A stretch of DNA of 64,000 nt, taken from positions 1 to 64,000 of the IMG/VR virus record IMGVR_UViG_3300030099_008323; one strand, given 5' to 3'. The translations under genes and the position numbers were made by a program. This document shows positions 31,283 through 42,200 of the stretch, one piece after another (position 1 is the first letter of the stretch; each line of letters opens with the position of its first letter). A model generated the notes under the pieces. It had not been told where the DNA came from and ran no database searches. It worked only from the letters and a program-made list of their open reading frames with translations. Source of the DNA: a virus.

Positions 31283-34015
31283 TTAAGCAATTAACCTTCC
31301 ACCTATGGCACCATGGCCCTCAAAAAATCCTTTAAGTTTTGTCTCAAAACCTCTTTTATCTATCTTCATTATTACGTTCTCAGCAAAATTATAACCACCT
31401 AGGTTTAGCTTGTGAGCAACAGAGTTTGAATTTCTTATATCTCCTAAGCCAAGCAAACTAGGATTAATATAATATCGCATGCCGGGTGTGTATATCGGTA
31501 TACCAATTAATGTCACATCTGAATTGTAAGGAAAAACTAACTGCTCTAATTGATCTGAGTCTTGTGATTCAGCCATTGCGTGCAGCTCCTCAGCTCTAAA
31601 AGGATAAGTTACCTTCCTGAAAGATATATCTTTTAGCATGCCCATGTCTGAACCAATACTAAAGTGCAATATGCCATCTTTTTCATCTTCCACAGGACTT
31701 CCAGTTCTTTTTACTAGATGAGTAGTCGTGCTGACTTGAAATAACAAATAGTCAAAAGAAGTTTTTAAGCGAGCTTCAGAATTACCAAAAGAAATTAGTT
31801 TATTATAGTAATTGTTTATAAATTCAGGACCGTTAACATCAATATGTGTGCGTAAGGGCAAAAGCTCTTTAAATCTATAGCCTTTTCTGCCCATAACGTT
31901 GTCAACGGGGGGCCCTTTAGATTGTTTGCCGGCTAAAGTTAAAGTATGGAAAGAGACAGTTGACTCGCCAACTCTATGGCTTTCTCTGACAGCTCCACCA
32001 AGCGATGGGACAACCAAATCTTCAATTAGCTTCTTAACAAACACATATAAGCGCATTTTTGTTTCTTTTCTATTAACGATATTCTTCAAAAACCAAGCAC
32101 GAAATAAATTGAATGCTATTGGAAATTGCGCGAGTCCCATTGTCTTAATTTGCCTTTGTGCGTTATAATACTCTAAGGGACCAAATAACATTCTCATATT
32201 CATTAAAGAATATTCTAAGCTATCGTAATCAACAGCATTATATTTGCTTGGTTCATAGGGCCATGGTTTATTTTTGGTGTCTGCTGGGAGATCCAGTTGT
32301 TGAAGCCCAGAATTTCTTGCTGCAAGCTCTACAATATCACCTAGAAAAAGGAAATAATATTGATGGCCATCGTCTGGAGTATCCAGAACTGTCCTTAGGC
32401 TTTCGGGTGCAGATCTTTCTCTCTGTGTTTCTTTTACTAAGCTTTCTGCCTCTGCAGCTGCAGTCCCTGCAGATTCGGCGCTGACGTCCTCTATTGTTAT
32501 TATACGATCACCTCTTGTTACTCTGGCTGCAGTAGAGGTTTCCGGACTTCCTTCTTCAGGTGGAGACGCAGCATCGTCTTCTTCTCCCTCAGGATAGAAT
32601 AGGCCCAGAGCATCTTCAATTTCAGCTGGATTAGCATTAATTTTGAGCAATCTGCTGCCAGATCCAGTATTGTTTCCATCTTCAGAAAAGCCAACTATTA
32701 AGTCTCTTGTAAAGGACGGATAAACTTGACTTTTGAATTCAATGGTTTTTTGTTTTATGACCTCCATCAATCTTTTAGATTTTCTCTTATTGCTTATTGT
32801 TCTAATGATTTTGTCTTCTCCGCTACCGGTGATGCGTGCCCCAGAACGTCCACGCTTGACGCCAGCAGCACTTAAATTGCTACTAAATGCCTTAACATAA
32901 CATTGAAAAAAGAATTGATCGGTCTGAATCAAATTGTATATTTTTTCCTGTATTTCCCTATTATTTTTAATGCTTTTTTGCGCTTCGACAAGGAGAATTC
33001 TCATATCTCTAACTTTTTGCATATTGCTGCTATTATCTCCAGCTTCCGACTGAGCAACGGGCTCTAGAGAGCCGTCGTCTCTGACATTAAAACTATCTAG
33101 AAATATGCTTGTACTAGAAGCATCAGCAAGGTTTGCATCTATAAAAGATTTGTATTTAATACTAACAGTTACAGAGCCATCTTTAGCAATTTTTATATCA
33201 TAATCTTGCAGCAACAAAGAAAGCATCATGTTCATATTCTCTATTTTTCTAATGTCTGATACTTCTGAAGGGCTCAGGCTTAAGCCATTTAGCTGCTCTA
33301 AAGATGGACTAGTCCAGCCAATCAGTATTTTGATCTGATAATGTTTTGGATTGTAAGTTTCCGTTGCGTCTGTGCCACCTATAATTGCACCAGGGAAAGC
33401 AAAAAGATCAAAATATCGCAGGCCACCTTTTTCAGGTGAGGGTTCGCCAGGAGGTTGAGCTTGTATGTCTTTTAGGGACTTAAAAGAAATTTCAAGCTTT
33501 GCGTTAATTTCTTTCTGAAAGGGACCATAATTAGCGCCTAAACTCTCCATCTGGAAAGACTTTAGCCCCACATTCCTAAAAGAAGGTCTGGTGCTTTCAT
33601 ATGCCAAATAATCTCTTGGGCTGGCAGCTGTTTCAATACCGAAGTTATCAGAAAATTTAAATTCCCTATAACAAGGGATTGGTAGCTTCACAGTCTTCAT
33701 AGTTGAGCTGCCTTCTGTGATAGGCTTCTCTTCAACATAGCTTACCTTATAAATTCTTATCTTGGGCTGCATTAAAGATAGCACCGATGTCTTTATTCTT
33801 TTAAAAACTGAAAGATCCGGCATGCCACGTAGTTTGGAAATTATCTCATGTGATTCCCCCTGCATTTGTCTAAATGTTCTATAGACAAAACGATCGCTAT
33901 TGCTATTATGCCAATTCATAATTTGATCTAAGTTTTTAGTTAAAATAAATTGTTCTAAGTTGTCTCCATTAAACTCAGAAATAGAATTAATTTTATTCTT
34001 TAAAGGTTCGGTCAT
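31283..34015 (-). CDS. putative baseplate hub protein (gp27/late-control D-like)
   Basis: Follows the LysM gene; C-terminal DVTLIGIPIYTPGMRYYINP..LGGYN pattern typical of hub proteins. Confidence 0.55.
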   Translation of the reverse strand: MTEPLKNKINSISEFNGDNLEQFILTKNLDQIMNWHNSNSDRFVYRTFRQMQGESHEIISKLRGMPDLSVFKRIKTSVLSLMQPKIRIYKVSYVEEKPITEGSSTMKTVKLPIPCYREFKFSDNFGIETAASPRDYLAYESTRPSFRNVGLKSFQMESLGANYGPFQKEINAKLEISFKSLKDIQAQPPGEPSPEKGGLRYFDLFAFPGAIIGGTDATETYNPKHYQIKILIGWTSPSLEQLNGLSLSPSEVSDIRKIENMNMMLSLLLQDYDIKIAKDGSVTVSIKYKSFIDANLADASSTSIFLDSFNVRDDGSLEPVAQSEAGDNSSNMQKVRDMRILLVEAQKSIKNNREIQEKIYNLIQTDQFFFQCYVKAFSSNLSAAGVKRGRSGARITGSGEDKIIRTISNKRKSKRLMEVIKQKTIEFKSQVYPSFTRDLIVGFSEDGNNTGSGSRLLKINANPAEIEDALGLFYPEGEEDDAASPPEEGSPETSTAARVTRGDRIITIEDVSAESAGTAAAEAESLVKETQRERSAPESLRTVLDTPDDGHQYYFLFLGDIVELAARNSGLQQLDLPADTKNKPWPYEPSKYNAVDYDSLEYSLMNMRMLFGPLEYYNAQRQIKTMGLAQFPIAFNLFRAWFLKNIVNRKETKMRLYVFVKKLIEDLVVPSLGGAVRESHRVGESTVSFHTLTLAGKQSKGPPVDNVMGRKGYRFKELLPLRTHIDVNGPEFINNYYNKLISFGNSEARLKTSFDYLLFQVSTTTHLVKRTGSPVEDEKDGILHFSIGSDMGMLKDISFRKVTYPFRAEELHAMAESQDSDQLEQLVFPYNSDVTLIGIPIYTPGMRYYINPSLLGLGDIRNSNSVAHKLNLGGYNFAENVIMKIDKRGFETKLKGFFEGHGAIGGRLIA

Positions 34016-34025
34016 GTTTTATACC

Positions 34026-34358
34026 TTAATATCCTATGTAATACATTACAGTCTCCAGAGGCACAGGAATGTAAATAATATCTCCATATTTTGCATGAAA
34101 CTCTGTTGGTTTTTGATTGTATAGCGCGATGACCCACCACATTTTTGGGTCGTTGTAATACTGATCCGCTAGTTTAAAATATCTATCCCCAGTGGTCCAA
34201 ATATGGTTTTTAACTTGAAAGTTTACTGTATCTTCTGAAGTCGGGTGTCTAAAAGTTGGAGTGGCATATTGTGTAATATTATCCTTACCTCTGCTTTTTA
34301 GATATCTCCTATAAGCCTCGGCAACATTTGTAAATATATCTTGATTAAAATATCTCAT
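34026..34358 (-). CDS. LysM-domain baseplate protein
   Basis: HIWTTGDRYFKLADQYYNDPKMWWVIALYN...GDIIYIP. Confidence 0.9.
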   Translation of the reverse strand: MRYFNQDIFTNVAEAYRRYLKSRGKDNITQYATPTFRHPTSEDTVNFQVKNHIWTTGDRYFKLADQYYNDPKMWWVIALYNQKPTEFHAKYGDIIYIPVPLETVMYYIGY

Positions 34359-34372
34359 TAAATATTTCCTCC

Positions 34373-35236
34373 TTATCCTAGCGCGCCACTAAAACTCTCG
34401 CCAGCTCGGGCGTCTGGACTGCCAGGGGTATTTTGGCCAGAGGTGCTAGTTGGTACCGGATCAGTTTGTCTCTGCAGGCCAAAACCATATGGATATTTGC
34501 CAGCAGCTATACCACCTCGCCATTCCCCCGTTGCGTGATCCCAGCCTAGCTGATGATCATGAACAACATCAAGTTGCAAACTAAGAGTAATCAACTTTGA
34601 AATTTGTATAGACTCTCCCTCCGAAATAGAATTTTGAAAGCCTCCAGATTTAAGTATATTAGCATCTACATTAGAAGCAGAGGATCCTATATTGGCTGGA
34701 TCGATAAAAATATATCCTTTATCGTGTTTGTGTACGACATTTGCACTTTTTATCACACACAAGACACCCTGACCATCTTGTGTTCTAGAGGCTATTATGT
34801 TTGAGTATCTAACTCTGAACAAAGGTGTCGCAGATATTGAAGTGGCAGACTCGGCTTCTTTATAAGTCGGGTATAAAGAAGCGAGAAGCCAACTTAAATT
34901 ATTTAAATTATCTAAAGCCTTAGCTTTGTTAGATGATGGTATATCCAAATTAACTGAAATATTTCTCTTGGACGACTTCCAGATATAATAAGGATCTGTA
35001 CGGCCAAATGGCTGCTCTTCGGTATACTGCGAATTAAATGTATCGGAAATGTCTTTTAGGAAAGCCATAAACTGTATGACGGGAGGATTTCTAATATGCA
35101 CAGGGATAATCTCTAACAGTGTACCTTGCCCTGCACCTTCAGAATTTTCAAAATTATTTTTTTTGAAATTTACATTATTAAGGCCGTGCTTCTCACCAGC
35201 ATGTGCGGCTATTTCATATGGAAAAAATTTTGACAT
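34373..35236 (-). CDS. tail tube initiator / baseplate-tube junction protein (gp48/54-like)
   Basis: FMAFLKDISDTF...FGRTDP...RNISVNLDI; sits between tape measure and LysM genes. Confidence 0.7.
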   Translation of the reverse strand: MSKFFPYEIAAHAGEKHGLNNVNFKKNNFENSEGAGQGTLLEIIPVHIRNPPVIQFMAFLKDISDTFNSQYTEEQPFGRTDPYYIWKSSKRNISVNLDIPSSNKAKALDNLNNLSWLLASLYPTYKEAESATSISATPLFRVRYSNIIASRTQDGQGVLCVIKSANVVHKHDKGYIFIDPANIGSSASNVDANILKSGGFQNSISEGESIQISKLITLSLQLDVVHDHQLGWDHATGEWRGGIAAGKYPYGFGLQRQTDPVPTSTSGQNTPGSPDARAGESFSGALG

Positions 35237-35253
35237 CTAATACAATCCCCCCT

Positions 35254-37530
35254 TTACCTTAGTCTTTCAACTAGTCTTTTCTTAATATTTTCAAACGTGG
35301 CATCGCCAATAGTATCACCATCAAGCTCATTGATGATTTTTATTACGTCTCCTCTAGCCATGCCGGCGGCGACCATCTTTTCAACCATGCTATCTGAAAG
35401 CTGCTCAATATTCTCTAATCTTCTTGTCTCCTCTGCGCCGACAAGTCTGTCGATGGCGTCTTGGTTCGCTTTCCTTATGGCCTGGCTTATAGCTATTGAA
35501 TCTTTGATTCTTGCCAGTCCCTCTGCACCACCTTCTGGCGTGGCTCTATCAGTGGCAGCGCTTCTGCCAATATCTGCCTCTGTGAGGGTAGCGTCGTCCC
35601 GAACGACCCTTTTTGCGATTCTAAGCGCTTCCTCTTTATCGTTGTTCTCAAAAGCCTCACGCATCAGGCGCTTGTCGACTTCGCTAGCTTTATTGTATAC
35701 ATCGACACCAACAAAACCTATTACTCCAGTGCCAATTCCTATTGCGCCGGCTACAGTTTTTAATGAGTCAGCCACTGTCTTGAGTCTGGTTGCTAATATG
35801 CCAGCTGTGCCTTGCATGCCTTTAAAGGCTAAAAGCATGCCAATTGCAGCCTTTTCGCCATCTTGAGTTTCTTTTTTTGCTTGTATGAAACCTTTTGCAA
35901 TCGCTTTTGATCCTTTTTCTGCTAAATCTCTAGTTCTTGCAGTGAATTTTGCAAAGCCGGCGCCTTGTCTTGAAACTGAAGCAGTTACTAATTCCATTTG
36001 TGTCATCGTCTCACGGAGCTTTGTTCTTAGCTCACCAGTTGACATTGCGCTGGTTTTTATTGATTCATTTGCTTCTTCAAAATCATCTTTTGCGTTTAGA
36101 AGTCTCGCGGCCATCTCGACACTTTCGACACCCAAAGCAGCTGCTGTAGCCAATTTCTGAAATTTTCCAAATTCATTAAAGCTTTTGCCACTTTTAGCAA
36201 AGGCTGTCTGTATAGCAGTTATTTTATCTGGCAAATCCATCTTTGCTAGTTCAATGCCAGACACGTACATACCACCTAATTGTGCATTAAATCTTTGCGC
36301 AAATTCTGCTGCGCCCTTAAAAGTATCAAGTTTTTTTGCAAACCCATTTAATTTACCAACCTCAATTCCCGTTGCACGAGCTTGAGCTGCCATCCTAGCA
36401 AAAACTTCTACAGCATCATCACCATACGTAGCAAGGTCTGGCATGAGAGAGGTAAAATCTTTAACAGCTTGACCGGCAGACATGTTTAAAGATTCAGCTA
36501 AAGTTAGCAAAGATCTGGTTGACTTCATGGCCATTCTTGGTGTAGCGCCCAAGGCTTTGACAAACTGATCGATTGCTTTACCTGAATCAGCCTCTGCAAC
36601 GCCCATTTTTTTGAGGCCGGCGACCATGTTAAGCATTGCTTTTGTTGTGGTTTTGTCTGATGAACTTAATTGCTGTCTAAAGGTCGCAACGTTTTGTATT
36701 AACACACTCATTGCCGCAGAAACGTCTTTAGACTTTAAGCCTATATCTTGCAGGCCAGCCGCAGTATAGCCAATTGGCTCATCTGCTTTATTAAACGCTT
36801 CTGTTAAGCCTTCAACCGATGTGGGGTCAAACGCGCCAATGAACGCATCTTTCATATCCGAACCTAAGAAACCAGTTGTTTTTGCGACTGCTCTAAGACT
36901 GTCATCAAATGATTTAAATTCAGTCTCCATCGCCTCCAAAACCTTTAAAGGACCAAGCTCTGGCTTGAATATAGCCAACGTTGTTAAAGCTGGGCCGGCT
37001 TCATTAAGGATTGTCTTAAGGCCGCCCACCGCACCTTTAGCAGCAGATACTGCAAAATCTCTTACATCTGCTGCTGCAGCTTTGTTTTCTAAGGCTCTGC
37101 GTCGACGCTCACTGGCTAATGATTCCTCTGATTCATTGATCTTGCGATTAGATTCTTCAATCGCGCGGGAAAGGTCCTCTGCCTCTTCTCGGCCAGACAT
37201 CTGAAGTTCTGACAGTTTGTCTTGAGTTTCCTCATAGTCTTTTGCCCTTTGCTTATAATATTCAGCTAGACGTTCTTGATCCCTAGCTTCTGCGTCAGCG
37301 CTCTCGCGCCGGAGTTCAGCAGCTTTTCTCTCGGCTTCTGCCGCTAATGATTCAGATTCTTGTTTAAGTCGAACATATTCATCTAATTGATCTGAATTTT
37401 GTCTCAGTGCTGCTCTTAATTCTTTTGCCCGAGCAATTTGAGCGTCATTATATTTCTTGTCAACTTCATTTAGCTTTTTAAGCTCTTTGATTAAATTTTG
37501 TACTTCTTCTGGTGTTCTTGGAAGAGACAT
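35254..37530 (-). CDS. tape measure protein
   Basis: 758-aa Ala-rich helical protein downstream of the tail chaperones. Confidence 0.85.
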   Translation of the reverse strand: MSLPRTPEEVQNLIKELKKLNEVDKKYNDAQIARAKELRAALRQNSDQLDEYVRLKQESESLAAEAERKAAELRRESADAEARDQERLAEYYKQRAKDYEETQDKLSELQMSGREEAEDLSRAIEESNRKINESEESLASERRRRALENKAAAADVRDFAVSAAKGAVGGLKTILNEAGPALTTLAIFKPELGPLKVLEAMETEFKSFDDSLRAVAKTTGFLGSDMKDAFIGAFDPTSVEGLTEAFNKADEPIGYTAAGLQDIGLKSKDVSAAMSVLIQNVATFRQQLSSSDKTTTKAMLNMVAGLKKMGVAEADSGKAIDQFVKALGATPRMAMKSTRSLLTLAESLNMSAGQAVKDFTSLMPDLATYGDDAVEVFARMAAQARATGIEVGKLNGFAKKLDTFKGAAEFAQRFNAQLGGMYVSGIELAKMDLPDKITAIQTAFAKSGKSFNEFGKFQKLATAAALGVESVEMAARLLNAKDDFEEANESIKTSAMSTGELRTKLRETMTQMELVTASVSRQGAGFAKFTARTRDLAEKGSKAIAKGFIQAKKETQDGEKAAIGMLLAFKGMQGTAGILATRLKTVADSLKTVAGAIGIGTGVIGFVGVDVYNKASEVDKRLMREAFENNDKEEALRIAKRVVRDDATLTEADIGRSAATDRATPEGGAEGLARIKDSIAISQAIRKANQDAIDRLVGAEETRRLENIEQLSDSMVEKMVAAGMARGDVIKIINELDGDTIGDATFENIKKRLVERLR

Positions 37531-37554
37531 GGCGCACCCTCGCGAGATATACTA

Positions 37555-37562
37555 TAAATAGT
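37555..37562 (-). promoter_or_regulatory. candidate late-promoter motif ACTATTTA (within palindrome ACTAT-TT-ATAGT)
   Basis: Intergenic, upstream of tape measure. Confidence 0.65.
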
Positions 37563-37594
37563 TACAGCCAGAAATTAATTTGGATGTGACTGAA

Positions 37595-37783
37595 TTAGCT
37601 TTTTGCTATTTCTTCGTTTCTTCTTTTAATTTCTTGAGTGAGACGCTCAAGAAACCACTTGCGCAGACCAATTGGCAAACTATACGCTTCTTGAAAGCTC
37701 CAGCCACCATAATACTTTAGAAGAAAAAACTGCTCATAAACAGTTTCCATATATGCTTCACTCAGGCCAAAAAAACCCCGCAT
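37595..37783 (-). CDS. baseplate/tail assembly chaperone (gp51-like)
   Basis: YEQFFLLKYYGGWSFQEAYSLPIGLRKWFLERL; AAGGAGGT SD 8 nt before ATG 37783. Confidence 0.7.
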   Translation of the reverse strand: MRGFFGLSEAYMETVYEQFFLLKYYGGWSFQEAYSLPIGLRKWFLERLTQEIKRRNEEIAKS

Positions 37784-38609
37784 CAAGCGGGACCTCCTTC
37801 ATGCTCACAAACCCACAATGTGCGCACTGAAATTCCTGCTTTAAGTCAATGCTCGGAATTATTTCAACATATAATTTTCTAAGAAATTTTGAGTCTGATG
37901 CCGGCATATGCTCGACAAAAGATCTAACTTGCTCTCGATCAAAACTGCCCTGCACTGATACAATTAACTTTGATAAAGTTTGAGTGACAGTGCTATTTGG
38001 ATGCACATCATCGAACGTGTCAAAATCTTGTCCAGTCATCATTCTAAACCCAACAGTTATCTGACTATTTGGTAATGTTAAGACAAAAATTCTGTTTTCT
38101 TCATCAAATGTTAGGTTGTGCTTGCTTAAGTACTTAGCGTCAGTAAATTTGGTGTTTATAACGCCTTTTTTTAGATTAAATTCAAACTCTTCTGTAACTT
38201 TTCCACACTCTGTACATGGAACAGATGCAGTGTAATTAGCTCCATAAGCTGATACCCTTGAAGCAATCATAATCGCGTTCCTATCACCAACCAGTAGTGT
38301 TCTAGGATTAATTCTTTTGTCTACGATTAAACTTTCTATGAGTCTCTCAACTAGCAATCCATTACGAAATAGCTCTTCTGAAGCTAATAGATCCTCTTCT
38401 TTAGCAGTCATATACTTAATTTCTATTTCTTGCTTTTCAAAAAGTGGATGATCTTGTGGATAGAACTTGCCTTTTGATGGAAGACGCACGAACTCCGTAG
38501 GCACGGAGTAAAGCGGTTGCGGTGCTGCGTCTTGACTAGCAAACTGAGCTGCAGGTTGAGCTGCAGGTGACCCAGGTACATGCCCGAGTCTAGTTTGGTT
38601 GTTGCGCAT
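37758..38609 (-). CDS. gp26: baseplate hub assembly protein (T4 gp26-like)
   Basis: VRLPSKGKFYP, KYMTAKEEDLL, GDRNAIMIASRVSAYG, CxxC pairs, terminal FFWP. Confidence 0.8.
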   Translation of the reverse strand: MRNNQTRLGHVPGSPAAQPAAQFASQDAAPQPLYSVPTEFVRLPSKGKFYPQDHPLFEKQEIEIKYMTAKEEDLLASEELFRNGLLVERLIESLIVDKRINPRTLLVGDRNAIMIASRVSAYGANYTASVPCTECGKVTEEFEFNLKKGVINTKFTDAKYLSKHNLTFDEENRIFVLTLPNSQITVGFRMMTGQDFDTFDDVHPNSTVTQTLSKLIVSVQGSFDREQVRSFVEHMPASDSKFLRKLYVEIIPSIDLKQEFQCAHCGFVSMKEVPLDAGFFWPE

Positions 38610-38629
38610 TTAAGCCTCTCTTGTTAAAT

Positions 38630-39208
38630 TTATGCTATGATCTCACCGACATTGCTTCGATATTCAGCAAAGTCATACTTGAGCGTTAGATCTACAGTTA
38701 CCAAATCATTGCTACTGTAATCCAATCCCTCACCGAACTTACAACTAGTAATCCAAGCATTAATAAGCTCCCACTCATCAACAACATTTGGATTTAATTG
38801 AGTTGCTCCGGAGCCTGCCTCTTGCAAGCCAACGACGCCGCCGCCATCGAGCTGGCGAATTACAACACCGCCGATAGCACCGACCGAAGTTTGCTTGGTT
38901 ACAGCGCCTTTGTATTGGTCAATCGTACTAGGCAATAAATAGCCCATGTTTATCAAAGTATCATAGAACTTGCTACCTATATTTGGCTCGACAGCATCTA
39001 CAAAACTAATAGAAACATCTTGCCACTGGACAATGTTTGGAAACTTAAATTCATGATTTAAAAATCTGTGTGAGGTAGACTCAATATTATAACTGGGCTT
39101 TTGCGCAGTTTTTGCCATGAAAACGAGATCTTCACCTAGATCGCGAAAATGAACTGAAAATCTAAATTTCCTTTTAGGTTGAAAATTGTTAGCTGTGAAA
39201 AATGGCAT
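38630..39208 (-). CDS. gp19: tail tube protein (gp19-like)
   Basis: PKRKFRF, WQDVSISFVD, WELINAWITS, LDYSSNDLVTVDLTLKYD; downstream of sheath. Confidence 0.85.
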   Translation of the reverse strand: MPFFTANNFQPKRKFRFSVHFRDLGEDLVFMAKTAQKPSYNIESTSHRFLNHEFKFPNIVQWQDVSISFVDAVEPNIGSKFYDTLINMGYLLPSTIDQYKGAVTKQTSVGAIGGVVIRQLDGGGVVGLQEAGSGATQLNPNVVDEWELINAWITSCKFGEGLDYSSNDLVTVDLTLKYDFAEYRSNVGEIIA

Positions 39209-39230
39209 TGATTTTGGTCTCCTGTTAAAT

Positions 39231-39238
39231 TAAATAGT
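39231..39238 (-). promoter_or_regulatory. candidate late-promoter motif ACTATTTA
   Basis: Intergenic, upstream of tail tube. Confidence 0.65.
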
Positions 39239-39250
39239 TTTTAAATCATT

Positions 39251-42200
39251 TTAATCATCAAAAGAAGCGCCGCTTCTGGTGATAATAAAGTCGAGTGCAA
39301 TAAATTCAATCGCACGTGCAGGCTTCAAGAAGATCTTCGCATATAGAATGTTGCGGTCAATTAAATCTTCTGTTGTCGTTGTCTCGTCAAGAACAACTCT
39401 GAAATCTGTTAAGCCTAATCCTGACTTAACACCATCAAGGAAAGGCTTGACCTGTCCCACAAAACGGTCCCAAGTAGATTGTACGTTCTGATCGAACAAG
39501 ACTCTAGATGCAATTCTAGAAACCTCTTTCTTGACATGAATCAGAAGTCTTCTAACGTTGATCCTATCAAGAGCAGATGGCGTAACCTGTAGCGTCTTCT
39601 GGCCGAAGATAACCACACCCTCTGCAGGGAAAGAAGCAATCGGATTAATATTTGCATCATATAGCTTGTCTCTGTCGTCAGAGGTAAGTCTTTGCCTTAC
39701 ATTAAGAACTGGGATGCCTGCAGAACCCTCGCTTAAGCCACCCCGTGTAAATCCAGCTGGTGCAAACCACACAGCTGATCTTCTCTGCGCGCTGGACATC
39801 GTGCCAAGTGCGACTACTGAAGGTGGAACAAACAATATAGAGTCATTAATTAAGTCTCGTATTTGAACGAAGGGGTAGAAGGCAGCGCCGTAGCTACTAT
39901 TCAAATTCAAGCCCTTTAAGTTTGACACTGCACTAGATACAGTACCAATCCTAGCACTCTCTGCAGTTTTATCCTCCTCGGCAGGCTGAAAATCACCTTT
40001 AAGGTCAATAATTGCTAGGGCATCACCTCTAGTCTCGCACGTATCAACTAGATGATTACAGAGGGCGCCATTTGTAAGACCAGGGATGGTTGCTAGATCA
40101 AACTCGATAAACTCATTATCTGATATCATATCGATAGCTTTTTTAATCGTATGATAAGCATAGTTAGTTGTCTCTGCACCATTCTCTAAGAAAGTATTAC
40201 GAAGCGGATTCTTCTCAGTAATATCAAATCCATCAAAACCTCCAACTAAAGGAGTTGTGAAGCGATTGTAATTTAAATCTAGAGGAGAGCTAGATCCATT
40301 CTGAGCTGAAAGCGAGGTGCCGCTAGCTCTAGAGCCTGAAGTGTGCACAGCGTGATTTGAATCTGCGGGGTCGACTCTTACATCGTCTAATGTAAAGACC
40401 CAGGAGTATTGATACTGTGAAAAATCGCTAATCTTTTCGCCTGCACCGGTGCCATTGAAACTAGCCGGAGCGCCTCGAAGAAGATCTAAGTTAGTGTGAT
40501 CAAATCTTTTCGTGCCCTCAATATTAGATTGATACCCAAAGAAAGCTTGCGTACCCTTAATTAGGCCTCCTTCTGAAGAAGAAACTCTCATTCTAGTGAC
40601 CGGGAACTCAATTGAGGCAGACGTAGCGAGACTTGGAAGTGCGGCGCCGTGATGCACTAACCCATCTGAAGCTACAACATGGCTAGCCGCCAGAGATGCT
40701 GACGGATAAGTGCTTCCTCCACCGATAACATAATCTTTAACTGCTGCACCGCTATCATCAGTCAAGCCTGCTGCAGCCGAACCGCTCAAAAGTCTAAATG
40801 TCTTAGCCACAGCTGGGCCATATACACCATATGGGTGCAGGCCTTCAGCCTCTCGAAGCTCTACTAGATCAGTAACCTCGACTCTCACATACTTTGACTG
40901 ATTTTCGTAGAGGCCCTCTTGCTTAAGGACGTTTGTTGCGGCATCAAAAGTAAACTTGACGTCACCGATAACTCTACGGATGTAATTAGCAGATTTAGGA
41001 TCTAAATTAACTCCACTAAACCTCTCTAGGATTTCCATATTATTGTCATTGTCGGTGGCTCTTCTCACTAAGACAGTAAAGCTTCCATAAGTATTGAAGT
41101 TGTCTGATGGAGCCTTAATATCCATTAACGAGATTTTAATGTCTCTACTTCCGGCTTCGCCACTATCTAATGCGTGGAACTTGAACAATCTCTCTGTGTG
41201 TGCGGTTGGGTCAAAGCTGGCTGTTGTGGTGCCTCTTGTATCCTGAGAGAAGAACCAGCCTGTTGTGGCAGCTTGATTATTCTGAAGGCGATTCCACCAA
41301 TCAAAATCTGCTTGGTTGCTAATTCCATCTAGGCCTAGGATAACGCCTAGGAAGTCTCCAGTTGATGAAACCTTAGAGCCTGTAACTGCAAGATTCTTTT
41401 GAACGTTTGTATCAAAAGTCTCGCCTAGCCAGTAATGCTCTACATCAGCAGCTGCGAACAAGTCACCATTTGTTTTTGTTGGGTTTGTGTTAAAAACCTT
41501 TCTAATGTATAGATCTGAATCTCTGTCAAAGTTAAATGTGGCTGACTTGACAACATTTGAAGTACTTGTGCCATCCTTAACTATCTTAGCAGTAAATCTT
41601 TGATTTGTCGACTTGATTGTCACTGCAGAGCCAGAAGTTGTTGTGCCGGCTCTATCGGTGCCTTCCAACAATACGGCGCCGTCGTTGACATACCAAATTG
41701 CTGCAAGAGTACCTGTAACCTCGTGATTTGCGCCTCCGGCTAAGAAACTTGTCTTTGTTGCTGTTGTCTTAAGAGTGCTCGTTGACAAGTGAGCTATGGA
41801 AGAACTAAGCTTAATGTTGTTACCTAGAGGTCCTGCGGTCTCTGCCTGAGTTGTCACTGTGAGGCCAGAAGCCAGTGAAGCAGTAACACCTGGCACACCA
41901 TTTGTTGCGCCGGCGCCGTATTTGATGCCTGCGCGGACTGCAGAAAGGCCTTCGATGAGGCCGCTGTCTTGGTCTGGATATCCATTGATTGCATGAACAA
42001 TTGCCTTGCGCAAATCAAGATTGCTTGCGCCGGAAACATGAATAGTATTTGCAGCCACAGTCGTCACACCACCAGAGCCTGTGAGCGAACCAGTAACAAG
42101 TAGTTTAATCCCAGATGCCGAAGCTGCAGAACCAATCGATTTTGGTACGGTAATCATAAGATATTCGCCATCGAGAGCTGAGCCTGAGAGGTTCACATAT

